Source: Acholeplasmataceae bacterium
GTDB taxonomy: Bacteria > Bacillota_I > Bacilli_A > Acholeplasmatales > Acholeplasmataceae
Assembly: GCA_036758425.1 (NCBI GenBank)
Contig: DAIOWP010000001.1
Span: 513 to 64,512 of the forward strand
DNA length: 64,000 bases
Reading direction: 5' to 3'
Shown here one piece after another: positions 63,051-64,000 of this stretch (position 1 is its first letter; the number at the start of each line of letters is the position of its first letter). A program made the translations under genes and the position numbers. The notes beneath the pieces were generated by a model, which made no database searches, was not told the DNA's origin, and worked only from the letters and a program-made list of their open reading frames with translations.

Positions 63051-64000
63051 ATGAACAAAGAACAAGTCAGACAGATCAAACGCTTTGAAAATATTATTCA
63101 TGCGGTTGATGCCCTCTTCTTAGTCATTTATGTAGGTCTATTCATTTATTTATTTGCACAGATTATTGTTCCCACAACACCACCTGAAACGTTTACCAAT
63201 TATGAATACACCATCTTTGGTATGGATATCGACACGTTCGTATTAAACACGTGGATGAGTTATTTAGCAATCTTTATTATCATCACATTCCCACTGACCT
63301 TCATTAACGTGAAGAAAACGAAGTTTAGAGAGTTTTATGAATACAATCACCATGTAGCAACCAACTATGTCGTGAATGCAGTCATTTCACTCTTCGTCTT
63401 AAATCCTATTTCAGCCGTGCTTAAAGTGATTGCTGCTCGACGAATCTTACTAGAATCCGAAAACTATGGATTTAAAGAAGCGCTGAAAAGAATTGGTCAA
63501 GGCATCAAGAATATCTTCAAGAAAAAAGAGAAAATTACCGAAGAAGAAGATAGCGACTTAAAACGTGCAATTCGTCGACAAACTGTGGTTCAGTTTACGC
63601 GCATGTTCTTCTCATACCTCTTCTTATCGATTGTTGCACTCATGATTTTCATCCCATTCTATTGGATGATCTTAACGGCTCTGAAGACCTATTTCGAAAG
63701 TAACTTGACATTAACACCACGTTTCTTCATTTCTCTATCTGAAATGCAATGGATGAACTTCAAGTACGTTTTAGAAGAAGTTGATTTTAGTCAATACATC
63801 AGAAACACGCTCTTTGTGGGTGTGATGTCAACGATTGGTACGATTTTCACGACCGTTCTCGCCGCGTTTGCGTTTGCACGTTTAGAGTTTAAAGGAAGAG
63901 ATACCCTATTCTCAGTCTTATTAATGACGATGATGATTCCAGGTGAACTCTACATCTTAACCAACTTCTTAACAGTCAGCCAAGCTGGTTTTGGATGGAT
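63051..64000 (+). CDS. Second ABC permease (MalG-like core) with a ~190-aa N-terminal membrane extension, running off the right edge
   Basis: It is not in the ORF track because it is open-ended. The ATG at 63051 follows TAGGAGGA and I read no stop through 64000. The MalG-like TM1 (FIPFYWMILTALK) begins only at about residue 205. Confidence 0.75.
   Translation, partial: MNKEQVRQIKRFENIIHAVDALFLVIYVGLFIYLFAQIIVPTTPPETFTNYEYTIFGMDIDTFVLNTWMSYLAIFIIITFPLTFINVKKTKFREFYEYNHHVATNYVVNAVISLFVLNPISAVLKVIAARRILLESENYGFKEALKRIGQGIKNIFKKKEKITEEEDSDLKRAIRRQTVVQFTRMFFSYLFLSIVALMIFIPFYWMILTALKTYFESNLTLTPRFFISLSEMQWMNFKYVLEEVDFSQYIRNTLFVGVMSTIGTIFTTVLAAFAFARLEFKGRDTLFSVLLMTMMIPGELYILTNFLTVSQAGFGW

Overview
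This window is the origin-proximal chromosome segment of a low-GC bacterium that uses the standard genetic code (UGA is a stop). Gene content and synteny look like Bacillota (Bacilli or Erysipelotrichia type); the exact taxon cannot be told from sequence alone. Genes from 0 to 53.7 kb are almost all on the minus strand and genes right of 54 kb are on the plus strand. The switch occurs at the divergent dnaA/rpmH spacer, which with the dnaA-dnaN spacer carries DnaA-box clusters (a bipartite oriC). Housekeeping genes from left to right are: tRNA-Glu and tRNA-Ser, tex, acpS, whiA, trxB, ppaX, lgt, hprK, uvrA, ligA, a shortened UvrD-like helicase, pcrA, glnS, tsaD-rimI-tsaB-tsaE, pgi, degV, nfu, a fused ispDF, a 5-formyl-THF cyclo-ligase, the cdaA operon, hflX, dusB, hslO, galE, ltaS, gyrA, gyrB, recF, yaaA, dnaN, dnaA, rpmH, rnpA, yidC, jag, rmuC, asnS with its T-box leader, and the start of a sugar-type ABC transporter. 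Three regions look accessory or unusual. (1) An AT-rich ~3.2 kb cassette at 34.05-37.31 kb sits next to tRNA-Ser(CGA). It is bracketed by near-identical copies of the tRNA terminator hairpin and carries an AAA+ ATPase with a PD-(D/E)xK-like C-terminus, a 4-TM protein, an orphan 150-aa protein and several phased DNA repeats. This is my best candidate for an undescribed (defence-like or selfish) module. (2) In the cdaA operon the usual CdaR partner is replaced by a tiny TM protein plus a TM-PAS-PAS protein with a degenerate GGDEF domain. (3) An orphan RRNPP/Rgg-like regulator has a divergent small ORF and a G/C-run-rich, ATGGATG-repeat spacer. I saw no rRNA, CRISPR array, transposase or integrase. 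All calls rest on reading motifs and synteny by eye; no database search was run.
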